Below are positions 12,301 through 24,597 of a stretch of 64,000 bases of DNA, piece by piece. A model generated the notes under the pieces. That model did no database searches. It had not been told where the DNA came from and worked only from the letters and a program-made list of their open reading frames with translations. Within the stretch, counting starts at the first letter, position 1; the number at the start of each line of letters is the position of its first letter. Both the position numbers and the translations under genes were made by a program. Origin of the DNA: the human T2T-CHM13v2.0 reference genome, Homo sapiens; NCBI RefSeq assembly GCF_009914755.1, contig NC_060931.1. The stretch is one strand, 5' to 3'.

Positions 12301-15085
12301 TGCATGTATCTAGGAATTTATTTATTTCTTCTAAGTTTTTCAGTTGAAGAGGACACACAAAAAATAGAAAGATATTCTATGTTCATGGATTGCAATAATC
12401 AATATTAATAAAATGTCTATGCTTCCAAAAGCAATCTGCAAATTCAATGTAATTTCTACCAAATCGATGTATTGATATATAGTTGCTCACAGTAGTCTCT
12501 GATGATCCTTTGAATCTTTGTGGCATCAGTTGTAATTTCTCCTTTTTTGCCTCAAACTTTATTTATTTGGGTCTTCTCTGTTTTTTCCTATGTCAGTATT
12601 GCTAAAGGTTTATCAATTTTGTGTATCTATTAAAAAAACTTTTTGTTTCATTGATCTTTTAAAGAAAACTTCTGCTCTGATCTTTATTATTTCTTCTACT
12701 AATTTTGGGCTTGTTTTGTTCTTGCTTTTCTAATTCTTTAAGATGCATACTGTATTAGTCAATTCTTATGCTGCTATGAAGAAATATCCAAGACTGGGTA
12801 ATTTATAAAGTAAAGAGATTTAATTGACTCACAATTCTGCACCGTTGGGGAGGCCTCAGGAAACTTACAATCATGGTGGAAGGGGAAGCAAACATGTTCT
12901 TCACATGGCGGCAGGAGAGAGAAGCATAGAGCAAAGGGGGAAAAAGCCCCTTATAAAACCGCCGGATCTCATGAGAACTCACTCACTATCATGAGAAGAG
13001 CATGGGGGAACTGCCCCCATGATCTAATTACCTCCCATGAAGTCCCTCCCACAACACATAGGGATTACAATTCAAGATGAGATTTTGGGTGGGGACATGG
13101 CCAAACCATATCACATAGTTAGGTTGTTTATTTGAAGTTTTTTTTCTTTTTTTAAAACTTTTGTGATGTAGGCATTTATTGCTATAAACTTGCCTCTTAA
13201 TACTACTTTTGCTGTATCCCACAGGTTTTGGTACGTTGTTTTTCTATTTTGATTTTTTTTTAAACAATTTAAAAATTTCCTTCTTAATTTCTTCATTGAC
13301 CCAGTGGTAATTCAGGGGCATATTGTTCACTATTTCTGTGTTTTTACAACTTGCAAAGTTGATCTTGTTATTGATATCTAGTTTTATTCCACTGTGGTCA
13401 GAAAAGATACTTAATATAATTTTAATTATTTTGAATTTTTTTAGACTTATTTTGTGGCCTAATATATAATATATCCTTGAGAGTGTTCCATATTCTAAAA
13501 AGAAGAATGCAGATTCTGTAGCTGTTGGATGGAATGTTCTGTAAATGTTTATTAGGTTCATTTCATCTATAGTGTAGATAAAATCAAATGATTCTTCATT
13601 GCTTTTCTGTTTAAATGATCTGTTCAATGCAAAATATGGGGTGTCAAAGTCTCCAGCTGTGATTATATTGAGATCTCTCTCTCTTTAGCTCTGTTAATAT
13701 TTGCTTTTTATATATGGATGCTCCAGAGTTGGATGCACCCAATTTATATTATTATATTTATATTACATTTCGCTGTCTGAGAGGTCACATATCTCTGTCA
13801 CTGCAGGATTGGTCACTGATTACTTAGTTTGTTTGGTGAGGTTGTGTTTTTCTGGATGTTCTTGATGCTTATGGATGTTCATTAATGGCTGAGCATTGAA
13901 GAGTTAGGCATTTATTCCAATCTTTGCAGTCTGGGCTTGTTTGTACCCATCCTTCTTGAGAGGACTTTCCAAGAATTCAAAGGGGAATAAATGTTGTGAC
14001 CTAAGCCTGTGGTCACTGCAGCTGTTTCAGCACTAGCTGTTTCATTCCTAAGCCCAAGAATGCTGCAACTCTTGAAGACTCCCAGATAATCAGCCTTGTT
14101 GGACTTAGGGAAGTTAAGAGAGCATTCTCTGGGTTACCAGTTGAAGTCTCTTGCTCTCTTCCTTCTGTTTCCCCTAATCAGAAGGAGTATCTTTCCACAC
14201 TGGGCTGCCTGGAATTGGGGGAGGGGTGATGCAGGCACTCCCATGGTACCATGTTGGGTCACACCTGAAGCTCATGTTCTTCCTGATGAGTACAGTACTG
14301 GGGCTTACCCAAGGCCCATGGCCACTACTTCCTGGCTGCTGCTGATGTTTATTCAAGGTTCAAGGTCACCTTACTCAGCAGGTGGCCAATCCTGCTGGGA
14401 CTGGGTCCATCCCATCAGGGCAGCAGATTCTCATCTAGCCTAGATGGGTCTAGAAATGCCATTGGGAAGCAAAGGCCTGGAATCAGGGGCTTCAGAAATC
14501 TGCCTGGTACTTTATTTTACAGTGGCTGAACTGGTATCCAGCTTGCCAGACCAAGTCCTCTGTAATATTCCTTCTCCCTTCCTCAAGCAGAAGTCTTTCC
14601 CCAAGCTCACTGCCTGGAGTTGGTGGAGGGTTGATGTAAGCACTCTAATGGCTACTACAGCTGGTATTGCATTGGTACTGCAACTCCACTGCCTTCAAAA
14701 CCAGCAGAACACCAGGGCTTATCTAAGGACTGCAGTTCTTGTGGCCTGCCTGCCACTCAAATTTATTTGGGATCTCAAACCACTTTATCAGCCTGTAGTG
14801 AGGCCAGCCAGGACTTGGATACCTCTTGCTGTGGCACAGGATGCTCATCTGGCTCAGGGCTGGTCTAAATGCTCCCTCTGTGGGCACCAGTAGAATTCTG
14901 CCCTTTGTTGCATTCTATTGTGATAGGGCAGCACTGAGTTTCAGTACAAAGATTCACACTTAGTTTGCTCTCCCTCCCTCAAGCACACAGAATCTTTCTC
15001 CATGCTGCACTGCCTGGGATTGAGTGAGGAGAGGTAGGCAACGCAAGACTGTCCTTTCTATCTTCTTCAGTGCCTCTTTCCATCT
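9350..15085 (-). mobile_element. L1MA-type LINE-1, antisense, degraded and internally deleted; hosts a THE1 LTR
   Basis: Minus-strand ORF2 remnants: 9906..10163 (C-terminal), 10766..10996, 11062..11586 (RT region, [14 protein letters not shown]) and 13244..13627 (endonuclease, IYRTFHP). 5' region at ~13770-15085. Confidence 0.88.
12751..13113 (-). mobile_element. THE1 (MaLR) solo LTR inserted in the L1
   Basis: tgtattagtc...caaaccatatca with a 5-bp TSD catac/catag. Confidence 0.88.
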
Positions 15086-15959
15086 TAAATGTTATGAACA
15101 TTAAAAAATAAATCTGTGTGTGGACAAATATTTTAATTTTTCTTGGGTTAATACCTAGGAGTAGAATTCTTGGGATAAATGTTTAGTGTATGTTTAGCTA
15201 TATAGTGTATGTCCAGGCTGTTTGTTCGAAAGTGTTGTGCAATTTTATACTCCCAACATCAATACATAAGAATTCCAGTTGCTCCACATTCTTGCTAACA
15301 CTTATTATGTTGTTCTCTTTAATTTTAGCCATTATACTGTTGTATTGTGCTTTCTAATTGTAGTTTTAATTTACATTTTCTTGATCAGGAATGATGTTAA
15401 GCATCTTTTTATGTGTTTATTGGCCATTTCAATATTTTTTGAGGAAAGTGTCTGTTTAAATATTTTATGCAATTGATTTTTTATTTTTGGTTTTATTGAA
15501 TTCTTAGAGTTTTTTTACATATACTGGTCACAAGTCTTTAATCATATGTATACATATTATACATGTATTGCAAATATTATTTTCTCATTTGTGCTGTGTC
15601 TTTTGAAGAGCAAGGGTTATTTTGATAAAATATAATTTATCACTTTTTTCTATTTTGAGTAGTGCTTTTTGTGTTTTTCTTTAACAAAGAAATATTTGCC
15701 TAATATTTTTGAAGATTGTTCAGATTTTTTCCTGTATTTTCTATGTTTAATAATTTTAGCTTTTGTTTATAGGTACAATTTATTTTCAGTTTATTTCTTT
15801 CTATGGTGTGATGTAACTTTTGAGGTTTATCTTTTTACATATGTATATACAATTCTAGTAGCATTTGTTGAAAAAGCTATTCTATTTCATTAAAATACAT
15901 TGGGACCTTTGTTTAAAATCAGTTGATTTGTTAATAGTATGAAGGGCTGTTTTTGGACT

Positions 15960-18337
15960 CTCAGATCTTGTAGGTTTCATTTCACAACATCAGAATATAG
16001 CAAATATTGCAATAAAGTGAGTCACATAAATTTTTTAGTTTTCCATTGCATATAAAAGTTATGTTTACACTATATTGCAGTCTGTTAAGTGTGCAATAGC
16101 ATTGTCTAAAAAATGTACATAACTTAAATAAAGGAACACTTTATAGCTAAAAAATGCTCATGATCATCTGAGCCTTCAGTGAGTCAATCTTTTTGCTGGT
16201 AAAGATCTTGTTTTGTTGCCGATGACTGCTGACTGATCAGGGTGGTGGTTGCTGGAGGTGGAAGTGGCTGTGGCTATTTCTTTAAGTAAGACAGAAATGA
16301 AGTTTACTGCATCATTGACTGTTTCTTTCATGAAAGATTTCTCTGTAGCATATGATGCTGTTTTATAGCATTTACTTACAGTGGGACTTCTTTCAAAATG
16401 AGAGTCAATCTTCTCAAACTCTGTCACTGACTTACCAACTAACTTTATGTAATATTCTAAATCCTTTGTTATCATTTCAGTAATGTTCACAGCATCTTCA
16501 CCAGAAGTAGATTCCATCTCAAGAAACCACTTTGCTTGCTTATCCATAAGAAGCAACTCCTCATTCATTAGTTTTATTATGAGATTGCAACAATTCTGTC
16601 ACATCTTAAGGCTCCACTTCTAATTCTAGTTCTTTTGCTATTTCCATCACATCTGCAGTTACTTTCTCCACTGAAGTCTGGAACCCACTCAAAATCATCC
16701 ATAAATTTGAATCACTATCTATGACTCTATAGCTTTATGAAATTCATTTCTTAAATAATAAGATTTGAAATTTGAAGTTACTTCTTGCTCCACGTGCTGC
16801 AGACTGGATGTTTGTTAGCAGGCTTGAAAACATTAATCTCCTTGTACGTCTTCATTGGAACTCTTGGATAACTGGCTGCATGGTCAATGAGCAGTGATAT
16901 TTTGAAAACAACATTTTTTTCTGAGCAGTAGGTTTTGACAGTGAGTTTAAAATATACAGTAAAACATGCTGTAAACAGAGGTGCTGCCATCTAAGCTTTG
17001 ATATTCCATTTATAGAGCACAGAAGCAGTTGATTTAGCATAGTTCTTAAGGGCCCTAGGATTTTTGGAATGGTAAATAAACACTGGCTTCAACTTAAGGT
17101 CACCAGCTGTGTTAGCCCCTAACAAGAGAGTCAGCCTGTCCTTTGAGACTTTGAAGGTAGGCATTGACTTCTCCTCTCCGGTTAATGAAAGTCCTAGATA
17201 GCATCTTCCAATGCAAGGCTGTTTCATCTGCATTGAAAATCTGTTGTTTAGTGTAGACACTTACACCAATTATTTTAGCTAGATCTTCTGGAGAACTTGC
17301 TTCAGCTTCTATATCAATGCTTACATCTTCACCTTGTACTTTTATGTAATGGAGACGGCTTCTTTCCTGAAACCTCATGAACCAACCTCTGCTAACTTCA
17401 GACTTTCCTTCTGCAGCTTCCTCACCTCTCTCAGGCTTCATAGAACTAAAGAGAATTAGGACCTTTCTCTGGATTAGACTTTGGCTTAAGGAAATGTTGT
17501 GGCTGATTTGATCTATCCAGACCTCTAAAACTTTTTCCATATCACTTTCTTATCATTTGTGTTTTCACTGGAGTGGCACTTTTCATTTTCTTTAAGAACC
17601 TTTTCTTTGCATTCACAACTTCATTAACTGTTAGTGAATTGCATTTATTAACTGCTTGGTGAAAAAGTCCTAGCTTTCAGCCCATCTCAGCTTTTAACAT
17701 GCTTTCCTCACTAAACTTAATAATTCTTAATCATTAATAAACATGGGAGGTGGAGGTTGCAGTGAGCTGAGATTGTGCTACTGCTCTCCAGCCTGGGCAA
17801 CAAGAGTGAGACTCTGTCTCTAATAATAATAATAATAATTCTAATAATTCTAGCTTTTGATTTAAAGTGACAGACATGTGACTCTTCCTTTCACTCGAAC
17901 AATTAGAGGTCATTGTAGGGTTATTAATTAGCCTAATTTCAATATCATTGTGTCTCAGGGAACAGGAAGGCCCGAGGAGAGGAAGAGAGATGGGGGAATG
18001 GCCAAACAGTGGAGCAGTCAGAATACACACAATATTTATTGATTGAGTTCTCCATCTTATATGGGCATGGTTTGTGGCATCCCCGAGCAATTATGATAGT
18101 AATATCAAAGATCACTGATTACAGAACACAATAGCAGATATAATAATAATGAAGATTTAAAATATTTTGTGAGGATTACCAAAATGTGACACAGAGACAC
18201 AAAGTGAGCACATGCTGTTGGAGAAATGGCATTGATAGACTTGCTCAGTGCAGGGTTGCCATGAACCTTCAATTTGTGAAAAATACAGTATCTGTGAAGC
18301 ACAATAAAGCGAAGCATAATAAAACAAGGTAGGCCTG
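15960..18337 (-). mobile_element. Near full-length Tigger1 (pogo-family DNA transposon), transposase pseudogene
   Basis: Minus-strand 5' terminus CAGGCCTACCTTGTTTTATT next to TA. Frameshifted transposase pieces: CENP-B HTH and IFNADET (17112..17540), [11 protein letters not shown] (16991..17260) and LLIDHA (16778..16990). The left TIR is degraded. Confidence 0.9.
17739..17840 (+). mobile_element. 5'-truncated Alu with (TAA)n tail inside Tigger1
   Basis: gggaggtggaggttgcagtgagc...ctctgtctc(taa)n. Confidence 0.85.
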
Positions 18338-18339
18338 TA

Positions 18340-19720
18340 CACAATTCAATAATTGTTAGTATATTCAGAGCTGGGCAACCATCATCACAGTTAATTTTAG
18401 AAAAATTTCCCCAACCTGACAAGAAAATCTAAATGTATTAGCATACACTTCTCATTTCCTCCCAATCTCCCCCACGCCTAACCCTGGGCATACAACTAAA
18501 CTACTTTCTGTCTCGATAGATTTTACTATTCTGGACATTTCCTACATATAGAATTTGTATAAGTTATAGGCTTTGTTTGGTGACTGCCTTCTTTCACTTA
18601 GCATGATGTTTTTAAGGTTCATTCATGTTGTAGCATCTAAAATCCTTCATTTTAAAATTGATGATCAACTAATATTCCCTTGTATAGATACAGGACAGTT
18701 TCTTTATCTTTTCCTCTGTCGAAGTACATTTGAGTTGTTTCCACTTTTAGCCTATTATGAATAATGCTGGAATATTCATGTGCAAGTTTTAAAATAAATG
18801 TATGTTTTTGTTTCTCTTGAGTATATGCTAGGTCATATGATAGCTCTACGTCTAACATTTTGAGAAACCGTCAGATTGTTTTTCAACGTGGCTCTACCAT
18901 TTTGCTCTCCCATCATCAGTGGTAGAAAGCTTCAATTACTCCACATTCTCACCAATACTTATATTTCTGTTCTTTAGATTGTAGCCATCTAGGTGGATAT
19001 AAGGAGTTATCCCATTGTGATTTTGATTTACATTTCCCTAGCGGTTTATGATGTTGACAATCTTTTTATGTAGTTTTTGGCCATTTGTATATCTTCCTTG
19101 GAGAAATGTCTATTCAAATCTTTTGCCCATTTTAAATTGGATTATTTGTCTTTTTATTATAAAGTTGTAAGAATTCTTCATATATTTTACAGACAAGTCC
19201 CTTATTAGATATATGATTTCCACATCTTTCCCCCCCATTTTCTGGGTTATCTTTCCACTTTATGATTGTGTTTTTGAAGTAAAAGTTTTTAATTTTCATG
19301 AAGTCCAACTTATCTTTTTCTTTTGTTGTTTGTGCTTTTGGTGTCATATCTAAAATGCTCAGCCTAACCTTCAATCATAAGGATTTCCTGCTATGTTTTC
19401 TTCTGAGTTATACAGTTTAGCTTTTACATTTTAGTCTATTATCCATTTTGAGTTGACTTTTGTGTATGGTGTGAGGAAGGGATACAACTTCATTCTTTTG
19501 CATGTGGATATGCAGTTGTCCTAAAGGGTTACCTTCTATCTATAGATTAGTTTGGAGAGAATTAACATTTTAAAAACATTGAATCATCCAATCCATGAGC
19601 ATGATATAGCTCTCCATTTATTTTAAGCTTTCTGGAATTTCTCTCAGGAATGTTTTTGTAGCTCTCAGTTCTATGTATATTTCATTAAATGTATTCCTAA
19701 GTAGTTAATATTTTTTGGTA
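18340..19720 (-). mobile_element. Old L1 (L1MB-like) 3' portion, antisense
   Basis: ORF2 C-terminal remnants in ORFs 18652..18858 and 19132..19374 (TPKAQTTKEKDKLDFMKIKNF). Confidence 0.8.
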
Positions 19721-21106
19721 TTGTTTTAAACATTTTGATTTCTCAAAGAACTAAGAATAGAACTACCACTCTATACAGCAATTTCATTACTGGATGTCTA
19801 TCCAAAGGAATATAAATCATTATATTAAAAAGATACCTGCTCTTGTGTATTTACTGTAGCACAATTCACAAGTGCAAAGTTATGGAGTTGACCTAGTACT
19901 GTCCTCAGATCCTTCCTCTCTGGCTCAGATGAATGGGAGCAGTAATGTGAGTCAGCCATAACAACCTTCTTAGGAGAATTACTTCTGCCTTTGGATCTGC
20001 TTAGAGATAATTCTCATTTGATAACAATTTGCCCTGTTTGTCTAAGCAAAAATTAACAAAAATTGTAATAGAAAGAATAATCATATTGCTTCACATTCCT
20101 TGCTTATTCTTGTAGTCCTTATGCTGAAAATGCACATATCTCAGTGTTAGTCTCACCACTGCCGCTTCTCTTCCTGCTTATTTACACAGTGCTGGGTGCT
20201 GGATGATCCTCACACCACCCTATTAGGTAGGTAATATTTTGATCTTATTTTAAAGATAATCTCCCAAGTGTGACACTGCTTTAAACACATTTTGACTCCA
20301 AGGGAGCTCTCATTGGGTCTAAGTTTTCTCATCTTCAAACTGAGGAAGGGACCTGAATAATGATTTCCAAGGCCCCATGTACTTCTGACAACCTCAAGTG
20401 GGTCCTTCACAGAATTGCAAGGATGTCTCTAGGTGCAGCATTGGTTCCTGGCCCTTTGAAGGGGTGATTCTCAGTGTCAGTCTGAGGGCTGGGAAAGTTC
20501 AGTCATCTCTGCCCAGTGGCCTTCTCTTGATCTCCCCACTGTAATCTCTTTTATCCCCTTCCCTTTGCAAGTCTTTTCCTAGCCTGGCAGGTCAAGCATT
20601 ACCTGATAAAAGTCTCAATAAAGACCTGTACTCAGAAAGGAGGAAACTGCTCTCCACCCAAATCCTATTATAGCTCTGGGATTTCCCTGCTGCTCTGGAA
20701 TTCACTCTCTCTCTCACACATACACACAAATTAACATTTAATCAGGATTTTCTATGTATTTTTCTGCTATAAACATTTCTCATGTTAATGATAGTTCCTA
20801 ATTTGGTCTTAAGGACAAATTGAGGTACTTTTGAGATAATAACTAGAAAAAGAATGTAAAACCTGCTCATTATTACAGGGGAAACTCATCTTGAATTACA
20901 TCAGTTTCTATAATCTGATAATTCTATGGTTTCCGAGGCGAATCTCATGTATGGGTGAGGCAGGAGAGTTTGAATCATGGTTCATAGCTTTCAGAGGTCA
21001 TTTTTAGCCTTTAATATGAGGCCTCAGTAGAGAAGTAATTTCTTGTTGTGCTTTTGAAATTCTGATCCATTCAAGTTGAAGGCCACACTTAAAAGGTAAG
21101 ATTTCT

Positions 21107-21223
21107 GGCTGGTCATGGTGGTTCATGCCTGTAATCCCATACTTTGGAAGGCCAAAGTGGGAGGATCACTGGAGGCCAGGAGTTCAAGATGAGCCTGGGC
21201 GATATAGCAAGATCCTCTCTCTA
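21107..21223 (+). mobile_element. Alu left monomer (FLAM/AluJ)
   Basis: ggctggtcatggtggttcatgcctgtaatccc...ctctctac. Confidence 0.8.
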
Positions 21224-22058
21224 CATTTTTTTTTTAAAGCAAAGCAAAACAAAACAAAAACAGGTGAGATTTCTGTTGAGTGTACGTAGCAACCACCTGT
21301 AGTAGAAGGTCCTCTAAGCCAGTGCTCAGTTCTCTGGGCTCCAGACCTAGCTTTGCTGCAAACATTCTGCTTGCTTTTAGCAAATTCACTTTGATTGTCT
21401 GGGCCACATTTCCTCATCTCTAAATAGCTGACTTGAAAGGCATTGAATTTATTTTATTCATCAGTAAATGTTGAACCTGCTCTGACTTCATTATAGGTTG
21501 TGAGAATTAAGTGATAATATTTGTGGAAGAGATTTACTGTAACTCTTTGTGATGTAAGCTTTGTTATTTTTTCATGGTAGATATGCATGTTGACAACTGT
21601 TAATTCATTTTCACTATGTTCTCTAATTTGTAAAATAAAGGCATGGAATTAAAAAACTAAAACATTCTCCGTAATTATCTCTGTCTCCTCCTCATGCACA
21701 GATCATATCATGTCCGTACTGTTCACTGATGTATTTATTCCAGGCACCGTGTGCAGGGCATGCTGTATAATATGTGTTAAATAAATTTAAAAAATGGCTT
21801 ATAAACATAAAATGGCTAAGCTTTCAGATAATACAGAGAATGAGAACGATTTTCTAATTTTAAATTTGTGAAGATTTTTTAAATAATGATTTCTCTTTTG
21901 GATGAGGGTCAGGTGAAATGGGCTCTCAGGGTAGATGATGAGAGTGTAAGTTGGTACAAGTTTAATTGAAAGCAATTTGGTATCAAGAATCTTAAAAAAT
22001 GCCAAGGAAACTTATTCTTGTTAAAGAGTTTCACTTGCAGTATTTATTCTGTTTAAAG

Positions 22059-22210
22059 TTTGTCTAGGTTCCAAACTGCAGCTGACCCCAAGAAAGTCAA
22101 CAACCTGGCCTTTTTAAAAGAGATACAAGACCTGGCAGAGGAAATTCATGGAATGATGGACAAGGCAAAAAACTTAAAAAGACTTTGGGTAGAACGATCC
22201 AACACTCCAG
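22059..22210 (+). CDS. ABCA13: ABCA13 exon 4 (152 nt; [50 protein letters not shown]), GC donor
   Basis: Acceptor tttaaag|T (phase 2) and donor CCAG|gcaagt. Only the GC donor keeps frame with exon 5. Confidence 0.93.
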
Positions 22211-22585
22211 GCAAGTAAACCTCTCATAACTGTGACACTACCTACCTGGACATAGCTTAAGGAGAGCTGTGGAGGCTATGAGAACCCAGAATGCTAAATG
22301 CTCAACTCCTGCCTGTGCTAAACTTTCATAGTGAGTCTTTGATGGATGAGGCCAGCACCTGCAGACGGTTGTGGAGGGTGGAGCTGGATTCTCTCTCCTC
22401 AACCCCCTCGGAAGGCACCTTGTGCAGTGCACACACTGCATAACCTTCAGAGGGCTGCAGCCCATCCTGACTTTGTCTCCACAGTTACCTTCTCACCACT
22501 CTGCCTACTCCTTTACACTCTTCGGCTGTTGTCTTCCTTTCTTGCTTTCTCTTATTCTGTTTTTAAAATCTGTCCCCACCTTCCC

Positions 22586-22588
<3 letters not shown>

Positions 22589-22634
<46 letters not shown>
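22589..22634 (+). repeat. (AC)23 microsatellite
   Basis: Perfect dinucleotide run in intron 4. Confidence 0.97.
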
Positions 22635-22636
<2 letters not shown>

Positions 22637-22954
22637 TCCCAATTCATTTCCTCCTTCTTGTATATTTGGATTGGTCTTTTCCATGTTAGTAACCCTTTAA
22701 GACTGGCCTTGGATGATTTATTTACTTTGATTACAAACCTTTTGGATTATTGGGGTGGATTATTCCCTAAACAAAAGCAATTTCTGTTTATTATAAAGAA
22801 CATCCACATTATAAATGGCTTCATCTTATTTATAATCTATAGTAGGGAAAGTTAGGATGGATAAAGATCTTAGAGAGTTTTGCTTACAAATGGAGAAGTT
22901 TGCACCTCAGAAATAGGCAGCCAGTTGCCTCTCTTCACATCCCTGAGTCATTGC

Positions 22955-23139
22955 CTATTGTGATATTTGTTAATAAATGGGGGCATTCAGTTAAATTTGA
23001 AATTTAAATAACAAAAATTTGTTAATATATGTATGTCCCAAGTGTTACATACTTGGGTAAGAAATAATTTATTTCTAATCTGAAATTGAAATTTAACTGG
23101 ATGTGTTCTATTTTAAATTTGCTAAATCTGATAATCCTA
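22955..23139. mobile_element. MER53-like palindromic hAT MITE
   Basis: Inverted arms cattcagttaaatttgaaattt (22984-23005) and aaattgaaatttaactggatg (23083-23103); central hairpin cccaagt-N7-acttggg. Confidence 0.75.
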
Positions 23140-23981
23140 AGTATATAGCTCCAACTATAATTCCTATGTAATTTTTTCTTTCTTCATGGAGTGTATACAA
23201 AACCACGAAATAAAGAGTTTGGCAGAAACATGAAGAATGGGCTTCCCAAGGCAGATGGCATTATGTGGTATTTTTAAGAGACAAAATAGCACCTTTGTCC
23301 AGGATGGGGCAGGGCTGGCCATGGCCTGCCTGAAAGCTGATTTCACAATGGACCCAAAATGTATCAAAATAGACCAGAATGGTTCCAAACACCAAATGAT
23401 GGAGTTCTTATATTACACTCTATTTTGGGGTCATTCTACTTTTATAAAATTTGATTTTCAAATGAGGTTTTTAACATGCTATTTAAAGAAGAATTAAATT
23501 TTTTTGAGATGAAGTTCCCACTTTATTTCTAGTTTTCTATTATTTGAGCCATTTTCTGTGAGATATGTAACTTAAAATAATCTGAAAAATTATAATTTCA
23601 CTTTTTTCTCTTCAAGTTTTTCCTTCATTTTTTTCTTTTTAAAAAAATTTTCATTTATTCCCTCTCTCCTATCCTGAATTTTTGCAATGCCCAGTGAAAT
23701 TAGATACTAATTAAATAATACAATACCCTTTGGCAAATTGTTGAAATTTGGTTTACCAGTTAAATTTTTTCCATGAATATACTTAGATTTGGAAATCTAT
23801 GGTGATAGCTTTCTTCAGATAAATCTTATGAAGATAGATTTATTCTTCAGTTTTGGTGTATTTGATTTTTGGGCCAGGGCTCTTGGATACTCCATTTGAC
23901 TTTAGAATTAAAAGTAGGCATTTAGCATGTGCTTTTTCATTGATGATTGAACTAATATCTCTTAAACCTTCTGTATTATAG

Positions 23982-24010
23982 ATTCTTCTTATGGTTCCAG
24001 TTTTTTTACA
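23982..24010 (+). CDS. ABCA13: ABCA13 exon 5, 29-nt microexon (DSSYGSSFFT)
   Basis: tattatag|ATTCTTCTTATGGTTCCAGTTTTTTTACA|gtaagt. Bridges phase 1 to phase 0 as required. Confidence 0.92.
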
Positions 24011-24377
24011 GTAAGTATCTTAACAATAGTTTGAAAATTAGTCTTCAGAGACAGAATGGTTAAGTTTACAACACTGTTTTTAAGTTTACATTTTCAAAGA
24101 TTATTTCTAATGACTTGTATAACAATTGTATAGAAGCTGGATTTGAGAGAGCCAAGGTCTTTGTAGATACGGGCTAAAAGACAAGTTTGAATTTTCTGAA
24201 GCAAGGCTCTGGGTCTGTGAAAAGCAGAGGTGAAACCTGAGGCCAGCAGGTGGTGGGCGATCCACAGAGTTGCTTTGTAAGATGGGTACAGAGTTTATCT
24301 GATCCCAGGGATGGTCTGAGATTTGTGCTTGGCACATAAGCGGTGACTCCCTCGAGGCACGAAGCCCTCAGTTAAGG

Positions 24378-24597
24378 AACTAGTTATCAACAGGGGGGAT
24401 TTTGACCTCCAAAGGATATTTGTCAATGTCTGGACATATTTTTGGTTGTCATAACTGTGGACCAGTGGGGAGGGTAATATTAACCTCTAGTGGGTTGAGG
24501 CCAGAGATGTCGCTAAGAATCTTACAAAGCACAAGACAGCTTCTACAACAAAGAATCATCTGACCCAGAACATCAGTAGTCTGGTTGATAAGCCTCA
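24378..24597. mobile_element. MER20 (hAT-Charlie)
   Basis: Motifs ggattttgacc...caatgtctggacatatttttggttgtcataact...gaggccagagatg. Confidence 0.75.

Noticed and set aside
16176-17540. Tigger transposase as a domesticated TIGD-like gene
   Set aside because: It is broken into several frames by stops and frameshifts, and the element is interrupted by an Alu.
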